Shown: one piece after another, positions 1 to 6,775 of the stretch | Position numbering within the stretch: the stretch's first letter is position 1 | Layout: the number at the start of each line of letters is the position of its first letter | Virus record (IMG/VR): IMGVR_UViG_2551306674_000011 | Source of the DNA: a virus | Lineage: Duplodnaviria > Heunggongvirae > Uroviricota > Caudoviricetes | Direction: 5' to 3' (one strand) | Length of the DNA: 11,443 bases | Notes under the pieces: model-generated | Seen by the model: only the letters and a program-made list of their open reading frames with translations | Told to the model about the DNA's origin: nothing | Databases searched by the model: none | Program-made: the position numbers and the translations under genes

Positions 1-1269
1 ATGAAGCTCAACGCCAGACAGGTCGAGACCGCAAAGCCAAAAGACAAAACCTACAAAATGGCCGATGGTGGTGGTTTGTATCTTGAGGTTTCGGCCAAAG
101 GTTCCAAATACTGGCGCATGAAATACAGACGTCCCTCTGACAAAAAAGAGGATCGTCTTGCGTTTGGTGTTTGGCCTACTGTGACGCTTGCTCAGGCAAG
201 AGCAAAACGCGATGAAGCTAAAAAGCTTTTAGTACAGGGCATAGACCCAAAAGTCGTACAAAAAGAAGCTCGGGCCGAGAATTCGGGGGCATATACTTTT
301 GAAGCTATCGCCCGAGAATGGCATGCCAGTAACAAGCGCTGGAGTGAAGACCATCGATCGCGCGTTCTTCGCTATCTTGAGCTTTATATATTCCCTCATA
401 TCGGTTCGTCCGACATTCGGCAGCTTAAAACCAGCCACCTGTTAGCCCCGATTAAAAAAGTTGATGCCAGTGGCAAACACGATGTCGCTCAGCGCCTGCA
501 ACAGCGCGTCACAGCCATTATGCGTTATGCCGTACAGAACGATTACATCGACTCAAATCCAGCCAGCGATATGGCTGGTGCGCTATCGACAACCAAAGCG
601 CGACATTACCCTGCTTTACCTTCTAGCCGATTCCCTGAGTTTCTTGCACGTCTTGCTGCATATCGTGGCCGTGTAATGACACGGATTGCGGTCGAGCTTT
701 CCTTGCTAACTTTTGTGCGTTCCAGTGAATTACGTTTCGCACGTTGGGATGAATTCGACTTCGATAAATCTCTTTGGCGTATACCTGCAAAGCGAGAAGA
801 AATTAAAGGTGTGCGTTATTCGTACCGAGGCATGAAGATGAAAGAGGAACATATCGTTCCGCTTAGTCGACAGGCGATGATTTTATTAAACCAGTTAAAG
901 CAGATTAGTGGTGATAAAGAGCTGCTTTTTCCGGGGGATCATGACGCAACTAAGGTTATGAGTGAAAACACGGTAAACAGCGCATTGCGTGCGATGGGCT
1001 ATGATACTAAAACCGAGGTGTGTGGGCATGGGTTTAGGACTATGGCGCGTGGTGCGTTGGGGGAGTCGGGGTTATGGAGTGATGACGCGATAGAGAGGCA
1101 ACTGAGCCACTCAGAGCGTAATAATGTACGTGCGGCATATATCCATACCTCCGAGCATTTGGATGAGCGGCGTTTAATGATGCAGTGGTGGGCTGATTAT
1201 TTGGATATGAACCGTAATAAATATATTACGCCTTATGATTATTCAAAATACAAAGAAATACTTAAATAA
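1..1269 (+). CDS. int: P4-family tyrosine integrase (422 aa)
   Basis: ORF 1..1269. N-terminal arm-binding-like region (AKPKDKTYKMADGGGLYLEV) and C-terminal catalytic segment with HGFRTMARGALGE and RAAYIHT (H-x-x-R and catalytic Tyr) typical of P4-like integrases. The start codon coincides with window position 1, so a longer upstream start cannot be excluded. Confidence 0.9.
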   Translation: MKLNARQVETAKPKDKTYKMADGGGLYLEVSAKGSKYWRMKYRRPSDKKEDRLAFGVWPTVTLAQARAKRDEAKKLLVQGIDPKVVQKEARAENSGAYTFEAIAREWHASNKRWSEDHRSRVLRYLELYIFPHIGSSDIRQLKTSHLLAPIKKVDASGKHDVAQRLQQRVTAIMRYAVQNDYIDSNPASDMAGALSTTKARHYPALPSSRFPEFLARLAAYRGRVMTRIAVELSLLTFVRSSELRFARWDEFDFDKSLWRIPAKREEIKGVRYSYRGMKMKEEHIVPLSRQAMILLNQLKQISGDKELLFPGDHDATKVMSENTVNSALRAMGYDTKTEVCGHGFRTMARGALGESGLWSDDAIERQLSHSERNNVRAAYIHTSEHLDERRLMMQWWADYLDMNRNKYITPYDYSKYKEILK

Positions 1270-1336
1270 AAATAGTTATTGGTTGATTTTTAAAATGAGT
1301 GTTAAGTAACATAATCTGGAGTTTTTAATTGTTAGT

Positions 1337-1345
1337 TGCTATAAT
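1337..1345 (+). promoter_or_regulatory. Candidate extended -10 promoter element (TGcTATAAT) for the cII-like gene
   Basis: Sequence tgctataat at 1337-1345 in a very AT-rich spacer, about 15-30 nt upstream of the candidate start codons at 1361 (GTG) and 1376 (ATG). No convincing -35 hexamer. Confidence 0.3.
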
Positions 1346-1360
1346 AAAAATCAACGTGAA

Positions 1361-2170
1361 GTGAGTGTGATTAACATGGCTGAGTTATTGCGAGAGCAGG
1401 AAGTTAAAATAGCCCTAATTGAATGGTTATATAAAAAAGGCATGCTTAGTGATGCAACGATCATTAATGAAATGGTTGTTGCTAACTGGAGCAGAAGAGC
1501 TGATTTGGCTATTGCCAATGGAAGCCTACAAGCTTTTGAAATAAAAAGCGATTTTGACTCTCTTAAGCGCTTGGATGGTCAGTTAAAAATTTTTAAATCT
1601 AGCTTCGAAAAAGTTACAATTGTGTGCGCGCCAAAATTTACCAGTGAAGTATCTAAACGGGTTTCATCAGATGTTGGCGTTGTAGAATTTCAATCTAATA
1701 ATAGTAGCGTACGCTTTAAAATAATTCAAAAAGGAAGGGTTTGCTCTCGCTTAAATAAATTTGTTTATTTGGGTTTTTTGCTTAAGTCTGAGCTTAAAGA
1801 TCTGCTTAATCAGTATGGAATTACATTTTCAAATGAACTACATAGGGATTGTCTTGAGGTTTTGGCATCTAAGTTATCTTTAAACAAGATTAGAGAATTT
1901 GTCATTACATCTATTAAAAATAGGTATCATGCGACATCTAATGATTTTTTATCTAGACTCCATGGTAATCAAGAAATATCTATAAACGATCTTGCCTTAT
2001 TGAGCAAAGCTAAAAGAAGGAATAATTCTTTGGTTAAGTTTGAGTTTAAGGCTTGTTCGGAGAAATCTTTAAATGAATACCATAAGGTTGATGTTGACTC
2101 TATAGTTAGGAAATATGGCGATGATGTTTCCTATATTCCGGAAAAAGTACTTAAAAGGGTTGTGGGCTAG
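1361..2170 (+). CDS. cII: cII-like accessory protein (269 aa) with PD-(D/E)xK-like nuclease motif; resembles sce7726-family partners of Beta_protein genes
   Basis: ORF 1361..2170 (GTG start in the track; alternative ATG at 1376). Motif RADLAIANGSLQAFEIKSD gives an acidic residue on a hydrophobic strand followed about 12 residues later by E-x-K, the restriction-endonuclease-fold signature. AT-rich codon usage unlike the backbone. Convergent with beta and ends at a perfect hairpin terminator. The symbol is assigned by position in the P4 nonessential region, not by recognised sequence identity. Confidence 0.6.
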   Translation: MSVINMAELLREQEVKIALIEWLYKKGMLSDATIINEMVVANWSRRADLAIANGSLQAFEIKSDFDSLKRLDGQLKIFKSSFEKVTIVCAPKFTSEVSKRVSSDVGVVEFQSNNSSVRFKIIQKGRVCSRLNKFVYLGFLLKSELKDLLNQYGITFSNELHRDCLEVLASKLSLNKIREFVITSIKNRYHATSNDFLSRLHGNQEISINDLALLSKAKRRNNSLVKFEFKACSEKSLNEYHKVDVDSIVRKYGDDVSYIPEKVLKRVVG

Positions 2171-2196
2171 GGAAGGCTAACCTTCCCTAGTTTTTT
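2167..2196. terminator. Intrinsic terminator between the convergent cII-like and beta genes
   Basis: Perfect 10-bp inverted repeat ctagggaagg / ccttccctag (2167-2176 and 2181-2190) with 4-nt loop ctaa, followed by a run of six T (2191-2196) on the + strand. Stem overlaps the cII-like stop codon; the beta stop lies 2 nt beyond the T-run. Confidence 0.65.
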
Positions 2197-2197
2197 A

Positions 2198-3265
2198 TTA
2201 GATAAGATCTTCCTCATCATGATCAAAGCCATACTGTAGAGCTTCAGATAGCTCAATTTGCTTATTTAAGTGTAGATTCACTCGAACAGCAATCCATTTA
2301 GCTGGACTTCCCATACCTGCTATATCCCCTATAGCAGCATTTCTTATCATTGCAGCTCCCCAAGAGTCCTCCCTTTGATAATGTGGATACTCTGCCAAAA
2401 TTGATTTCGCAGCTTCAATGAACCCTTCTTTATTCATCCCAGGGCGGCGCTCGAAATACCATGAATCATTTAACGCTATATCAATTCTAGGAACATATCG
2501 CCCAATTATGTTGTCATACACTACTGAATGAATTGAACCATGATCGCCATAAATAGCGACATCACTTCCACCAATATTTTGATGCAATTCTCTCTCAATA
2601 ACATCAATATATCCGGACTGTCCATTTTCACGGCAAAAATTTGTAACTGAACTAGGGAAGCTTGTTGCTAGCACACTAATTATGGCTTCAGGAATCTCAG
2701 TTCTAATCTGATTAATCGAATTTATTGCTGCAGCTGTTATAGCAGATACATTCCCTCTAATGTAGCCCAAATCTATGAAAACTATGGCATTTTCTGGAGA
2801 GTTCATCGATACTAGTGACGTCAGGGTTTTATTAATGTCTGTATTTAGATTTCTAATTCTAAATGCAATTGAACCTTTAAGTTCCTCTAAAACCCTGGCT
2901 TGGATAGATATATCTCTAAGTTTTGCTGAATCCGGCATCTGGACTACTGGAATAATATTATCATTTCTGGAACAAAACTCTATCCAGTTTTTAAAACCAT
3001 TCTCAGGAGAGAGTAGTTCGAAGCTTGACGCGCAATGATGAGAATTATCCTTTGTGACATCCAAAATAAATGGGAGATTACTCATCACTTCTAAACTTTT
3101 ATCTAACGATACCTGTATTTCTTCCGAGCGAGGCCATTTCCCCAAAGAAATTAAAGGTAATATTTTTTTCTTATTCTCATATGATAAATTATTCAGTCCG
3201 GTCATTTCTGCTGATCGTGTTCTTAGGGCTGGATAGTATGAGTAATTTTCAAAATATACTTTCAT
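2198..3265 (-). CDS. beta: Beta_protein family (sce7725-like) protein, 355 aa; P4 beta-type
   Basis: ORF 2198..3265 (-). N-terminus YYPALRTRSAEMTGL...ILPLISLGKW resembles the Beta_protein family N-terminal pattern as I recall it. Strong RBS GGAGG (complement of 3276-3280) 10 nt before the ATG, which starts 2 nt after the gop stop, so the two are translationally coupled. Confidence 0.75.
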   Translation of the reverse strand: MKVYFENYSYYPALRTRSAEMTGLNNLSYENKKKILPLISLGKWPRSEEIQVSLDKSLEVMSNLPFILDVTKDNSHHCASSFELLSPENGFKNWIEFCSRNDNIIPVVQMPDSAKLRDISIQARVLEELKGSIAFRIRNLNTDINKTLTSLVSMNSPENAIVFIDLGYIRGNVSAITAAAINSINQIRTEIPEAIISVLATSFPSSVTNFCRENGQSGYIDVIERELHQNIGGSDVAIYGDHGSIHSVVYDNIIGRYVPRIDIALNDSWYFERRPGMNKEGFIEAAKSILAEYPHYQREDSWGAAMIRNAAIGDIAGMGSPAKWIAVRVNLHLNKQIELSEALQYGFDHDEEDLI

Positions 3266-3267
3266 AT

Positions 3268-3669
3268 TTAATTAGCCTCCGAATCGATATTTTCTGGTCG
3301 GCTTGCTGTTCTTGGCATAGCGTTAATTTGGGGGTTCTGAGTAGCAAGATAAGCAGCTATACTTTCCATCTTCTCTTTCTGTTCTGAAGTTCTTGCAAGT
3401 TCTTTAATCAATTCTTTGTTTTCAGCCATCAAGTTTTGATTGGATTCATTATGACTCTTGATTACCTCCATATTACTTTTTATAACATTCGTGTGGTTGT
3501 TGCTAATTGCTTTAATCGTTCTGTGTGTAAACCATCCAATAAGTAAAGCAGCTAACCATCCAGAACAAACGAGCAACCATTGTGAAATATCTTGGTTGCG
3601 GATGAAGCTAGTAGCAATAGTGATTATGGTCCCAACAACGCCAATTAATCCATATACATGATTCAGCAT
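3268..3669 (-). CDS. gop: Small membrane protein (133 aa), two N-terminal TM helices plus charged C-terminal helical domain; P4 gop-type
   Basis: ORF 3268..3669 (-). Hydrophobic segments VYGLIGVVGTIITIATSFI and WLLVCSGWLAALLIGWF, then a K/E-rich tail (NKELIKELARTSEQKEKMESIAAYL). First gene read inward from the cos side and coupled to beta. Symbol assigned by position and arrangement. Confidence 0.65.
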   Translation of the reverse strand: MLNHVYGLIGVVGTIITIATSFIRNQDISQWLLVCSGWLAALLIGWFTHRTIKAISNNHTNVIKSNMEVIKSHNESNQNLMAENKELIKELARTSEQKEKMESIAAYLATQNPQINAMPRTASRPENIDSEAN

Positions 3670-3896
3670 CCTTTAACTCTCTCATGCCACGAATTCTTAA
3701 GGATCTTGCGACACTGACAAGAACCACCTTACATCAATCTATTTTTTGCATATTTTTCAGGATAGTGCCATCAAAAAAGACAGTTTTGGACCATAGGCCA
3801 TAGATTTTCTTCATTATGCTCCAATGTATTAACGAGGTATGTACTGAAGGCACTTTGACTACACAAATAATTAACTAACTTGTCGGTTTGCGCGCG

Positions 3897-3915
3897 GTGC
3901 TTTCCCCGCCTCGCC
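3897..3915. other. cos site (P2/P4 19-nt cohesive-end sequence)
   Basis: gtgctttccccgcctcgcc at 3897-3915 is the reverse complement of GGCGAGGCGGGGAAAGCAC, the P2/P4 cohesive end as I recall it. It lies between the accessory cassette and psu, as expected for an integrated (circularly permuted) P4. Confidence 0.7.
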
Positions 3916-4017
3916 CGCCCGCTTTGCGGGGCGGTTTTAATGCAGTTGCACTGACACGCTCAGACCGCGCCGGGAATGGCGCGGTTTGCAGAAAATGAGG
4001 CAGGAAAACGCATGCAA

Positions 4018-4049
4018 AGCCATGCACCTTATCGATGCATGGCTTTTTT
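4018..4049. terminator. Hairpin with T-run between cos and the psu 3' end (candidate terminator or packaging-region structure)
   Basis: 9-bp perfect stem agccatgca / tgcatggct (4018-4026 and 4036-4044), 9-nt loop, then five T on the + strand. On the - strand (psu transcript) the downstream sequence is only moderately T-rich, so its role as the late-operon terminator is uncertain. Confidence 0.3.
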
Positions 4050-4079
4050 CAGTAAAAACGGGCGGATTTTCGGGGAATT

Positions 4080-4652
4080 TTACACTGACTGACGTGATGC
4101 CAGTTGCGCACTTTTACGCGAAAAAATCATGTTCTGCGCAGGGGTGAATTTTTCACGGCTGTCATCCACCGAAGCCACGTCAGGCCTGAATCCGATGGTC
4201 GTTAAAATGTCGCTATCCTGTGCGGAATAATTAATTTTTTCACCCTTCGCAAGCCAGGACAGAAGGGCTTCACGCAGGGCATCTGTGGCACGCTGTATGG
4301 CACAGTTTCGGGCAATGGCCGTCAGCTCACTGTAGCCCATCAGCTCCGGTGCCAGTGCGGCCGCCAGTGCTGTGCCGTGCTGCTGCATAAAATCATTCAG
4401 CCGGTCGCGGATGCTGATGTGCTGAACGGCTTCATGCGAACGAATATAACGACCGGCGGCCTGATTCACCTGCCATTTTCTGACTTCGATAATATTGCGT
4501 AATTCGTCCAGGCGGCTGACATTTCTGCCTTCTCCTGACAGAAGCCGCAGATATTCCTGTTCGGCCGCTGCCAGCTCATTTTTGCGTTGCAGCCATGCTG
4601 CTTTGTTATTCTGACAGGTGTCAAAGGCCTGCTGTAAGGCTGTGCTTTCCAT
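4080..4652 (-). CDS. psu: Polarity suppression protein Psu (190 aa)
   Basis: ORF 4080..4652 (-), 190 aa beginning MESTALQQAFDTCQNNKAAW, which I recognise as P4 Psu. Last gene of the sid-delta-psu operon. Confidence 0.9.
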   Translation of the reverse strand: MESTALQQAFDTCQNNKAAWLQRKNELAAAEQEYLRLLSGEGRNVSRLDELRNIIEVRKWQVNQAAGRYIRSHEAVQHISIRDRLNDFMQQHGTALAAALAPELMGYSELTAIARNCAIQRATDALREALLSWLAKGEKINYSAQDSDILTTIGFRPDVASVDDSREKFTPAQNMIFSRKSAQLASRQSV

Positions 4653-4725
4653 CGTTATCTCTTTCTCATCATGCTGAAGAATAAAAATACGGTGTGCGGC
4701 GACGGCCGGGGTTAACCGGCAGCCC

Positions 4726-5226
4726 TCATTCCAGACGCAGCGAATATGATTGTGTTTTTAACCGTACTGGCGGCAGTTCCTGTTTTTCATGCAGGCGTTC
4801 TGCCAGTTCGTCCGGTGTGACCGGGCGGACAATGAAGCGGTTGATGGTCTGAAGCGTTTTAAACACCAGACCACAGCCCGGATCCGTGCACACATAAAAA
4901 CGCTCGGTGACTTCCTGAGACAGACGCCGCGATGTTCTTGACAGTGCAAGGCCTTTACATCTCCGACAACAATATCCGGTAACAAGCATTCTTTTCGGGC
5001 GTTTCATGCTACCGGAGGCTGACGTCAGTGAATCGCGGTATCTCTGTTTGCCTGAAATGTATTCCATTCCTGAATCTTTACAGTCAGAGAAAAAGCTTTC
5101 ACTCGCTTCAAATGTCGCAGAGCAATAAATATTCCGGCACTGTGCAATCATTATCTTGGTGCCATCGTCCATGAAATGTGCGCGACGGGTGTGAGCAACA
5201 TGTCCACACGACGGGCAGTAAATCAT
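4726..5226 (-). CDS. delta: Late transcriptional activator Delta (166 aa), two Ogr-like zinc-finger halves
   Basis: ORF 4726..5226 (-). Two Cys clusters (CPSCGH...C...C near the N-terminus, then CCRRC...CTDPGC) consistent with a tandem Ogr-like duplication. RBS GAGGA; the ATG overlaps the sid stop (ATGA). Confidence 0.9.
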   Translation of the reverse strand: MIYCPSCGHVAHTRRAHFMDDGTKIMIAQCRNIYCSATFEASESFFSDCKDSGMEYISGKQRYRDSLTSASGSMKRPKRMLVTGYCCRRCKGLALSRTSRRLSQEVTERFYVCTDPGCGLVFKTLQTINRFIVRPVTPDELAERLHEKQELPPVRLKTQSYSLRLE

Positions 5227-5957
5227 GACAGCAGTCCTCTGGCCTTAAGCACTGCTCCCTGCTGGTCTATTTTGTCCTGCCACACCTTGCGCTGTGCCGG
5301 TGTGCCTGCCACCTCATAATCCATGTGTGGGAGTGTTGCCGCTGACAGTCCGGTCAGCCGGAGAACCGGCTCGCCGGTGAGGCTGATTTGCATCTGTTTT
5401 ATTTTCTGTTCCAGCGATGATTTCACCTGCTGCATGACAGCTTTATCGGGTGCGACGTAGCCCTGATGCCCGGTGGTGTTGGCGAGCGGATTTTCCTGTA
5501 CCAGAATGCTCAGATGCATTGCCCGGACAAGCGCCTCACAGGTTTCATTCAGGGCGTGTTCCAGCTCATGCTCTGCATACAGACTCAGCAGGTGATGATG
5601 TGCCTTCCGGTAGGCGGTGGCCGTGCTGTCACACGCCCCTTTCAGGCGTTCACGTTCGAAATTCAGCACCACGGCCAGATTGTCATATTCCTGTACCAGC
5701 TCCCGGCGTGCCACGCGCTCAATGTGGCGCTGTTTCAGCTCGTCGCTCAGGACACCACCGGCTGCACGAAAGGCCGTGCGCCAGTCGTCAGCGTCGTTTC
5801 CGTCGGCCTGCGCCAGCGCATTTTTTTCCTGCTCTGCCCGTTCAATGGCCGTGACGGTCTCATCCATCAGGCGGGCGTTCTCAAGGTGGGCGGCTCTGGC
5901 CTTTTCCAGTTGTGCCAGCGCGGGTTGCAGATATTCAGGGATGGTGTTGTCAGACAT
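5223..5957 (-). CDS. sid: Capsid size determination / external scaffold protein Sid (244 aa)
   Basis: Start chosen at the ATG at 5957 (MSDNTIPEYLQPALAQLEKARAAHL) preceded by RBS GAGGAG at about 7 nt, not the track's longer 5223..6023 ORF whose extra 22 residues lack an RBS. 244 aa matches P4 Sid. Confidence 0.85.
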   Translation of the reverse strand: MSDNTIPEYLQPALAQLEKARAAHLENARLMDETVTAIERAEQEKNALAQADGNDADDWRTAFRAAGGVLSDELKQRHIERVARRELVQEYDNLAVVLNFERERLKGACDSTATAYRKAHHHLLSLYAEHELEHALNETCEALVRAMHLSILVQENPLANTTGHQGYVAPDKAVMQQVKSSLEQKIKQMQISLTGEPVLRLTGLSAATLPHMDYEVAGTPAQRKVWQDKIDQQGAVLKARGLLS

Positions 5958-5974
5958 TTTCCGGCTCCTCGTCA

Positions 5975-6047
5975 CTTCAGGTTGAGAAAATTGTGACGTA
6001 CACCGGACAACAACACGACGCATTGCAGATGTGCCAGCCCTGACACA
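5975..6047 (-). promoter_or_regulatory. Psid late promoter region with TGT-N12-ACA activator dyad
   Basis: Dyad TGT gccagccctgac ACA at 6030-6047, centred about 80 bp upstream of the sid ATG, matching the P2/P4 late-promoter activator (Ogr/Delta) half-site spacing. A dyad of this form is expected by chance a few times in 11 kb, so position is the main support. Confidence 0.5.
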
Positions 6048-6126
6048 GGAGACTCATCCTCAGACCGGCAAGCCAGGAAAAGGTCGCAGGAAAAACCGGC
6101 TTACTGTTTGTTTTTTTATATTTTAC

Positions 6127-6230
6127 TGTTCACCTCTGTTCACCATAAGAAAAAAGATAAGTAATACAATAAGTTAAAGGGTGAACAATCGCAGTAATGA
6201 CTGTTCACCGTCTGTTCACCACTGTTCACC
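6127..6230. repeat. Replication origin (ori) iteron cluster: six TGTTCACC octamers
   Basis: TGTTCACC at 6127-6134, 6137-6144, 6202-6209, 6213-6220, 6223-6230 and one inverted copy GGTGAACA at 6180-6187, in an AT-rich intergenic region between the divergent late promoters. The same octamer recurs in crr about 4.8 kb away. Confidence 0.7.
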
Positions 6231-6388
6231 CGTTGATGGGCTTTTTGTGCTGTTTATTACTTTTTATTTTTATTAATTCACTGAAATAAATAAGAAAAAA
6301 CAATTTGTATTTCACTATAATTTTTTCCAGCTCCTTCCAGAGCGTTTTAAAGCTATCTGGCGCTGGTGTACAAAAAATGCACAGCCAT

Positions 6389-6460
6389 TGTAAGGCTGCC
6401 GGAACAAATCCCCCCTGTTGCGTCTGCCAAAAATATTCACAAAATAAAGCGCTACCCGAA
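6389..6460 (+). promoter_or_regulatory. Candidate PLL (late leftward-operon) promoter with TGT-N12-ACA dyad
   Basis: TGT aaggctgccgga ACA at 6389-6406, about 110 bp upstream of the vis ATG. No strong -35/-10 pair, as expected for an activator-dependent promoter. Could be a chance dyad. Confidence 0.35.
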
Positions 6461-6508
6461 GCCGGACGGACTTATCCGGTGCTGTATGGACATTAACGAG
6501 GTAGCCCG

Positions 6509-6775
6509 ATGCAAGCTGTTTTTTCTTCCCCGTCTCCCGCCCCTGTGACGCCACTGATGCCGCTGCCGGACATCACGCAGGAGCGTTTTTTACGTCTGCC
6601 GGAAGTGATGCACCTGTGCGGCCTGTCACGCTCGACCATCTATGAACTCATCCGTAAGGGGGAATTTCCGCCGCAGGTGAGTCTTGGCGGTAAAAATGTG
6701 GCCTGGCTGCACTCTGAAGTCACCGCATGGATGGCCGGACGCATTGCCGGACGCAAACGGGGGTACGACGCATGA
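6509..6775 (+). CDS. vis: Vis, AlpA-like helix-turn-helix regulator/excisionase (88 aa)
   Basis: ORF 6509..6775 with RBS GAGG 7 nt upstream. Core [46 protein letters not shown] is the AlpA/Vis family HTH signature. Confidence 0.75.
   Translation: MQAVFSSPSPAPVTPLMPLPDITQERFLRLPEVMHLCGLSRSTIYELIRKGEFPPQVSLGGKNVAWLHSEVTAWMAGRIAGRKRGYDA

Noticed and set aside
229-676. ORFs 229..438 (-) and 461..676 (+) inside int
   Set aside because: Embedded in or antisense to the integrase gene; no independent support.
2775-3661. Plus-strand ORFs inside beta and gop (2775..3038, 3054..3236, 3070..3387, 3458..3661)
   Set aside because: Antisense to the coupled gop-beta operon, with no RBS and low-complexity hydrophobic translations from AT-rich sequence.
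1270-3896. Calling the int-cos three-gene cassette a previously undescribed defence system
   Set aside because: Gene sizes, order, translational coupling and the convergent gene with intrinsic terminator match the classical P4 gop-beta-cII region as I recall it. It is reported as interesting but not as novel.
4758-4985. 75-aa minus-strand ORF inside delta
   Set aside because: Alternative frame within delta; no RBS or independent support.
5450-5996. Plus-strand ORFs antisense to sid (5450..5854, 5466..5996, 5617..5985)
   Set aside because: Antisense to a well-supported gene; Arg/Ser/Ala-rich translations typical of GC-rich antisense frames.
5223-6023. Track ORF giving Sid a 22-residue N-terminal extension (266 aa)
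   Set aside because: The internal ATG at 5957 has a GAGGAG RBS and gives the expected 244-aa Sid; the extension would run into the Psid promoter.
6305-6554. Short ORFs in the ori/PLL intergenic region (6305..6496, 6315..6554, 6366..6548)
   Set aside because: They overlap the iteron and promoter region and the vis start; no RBS support.
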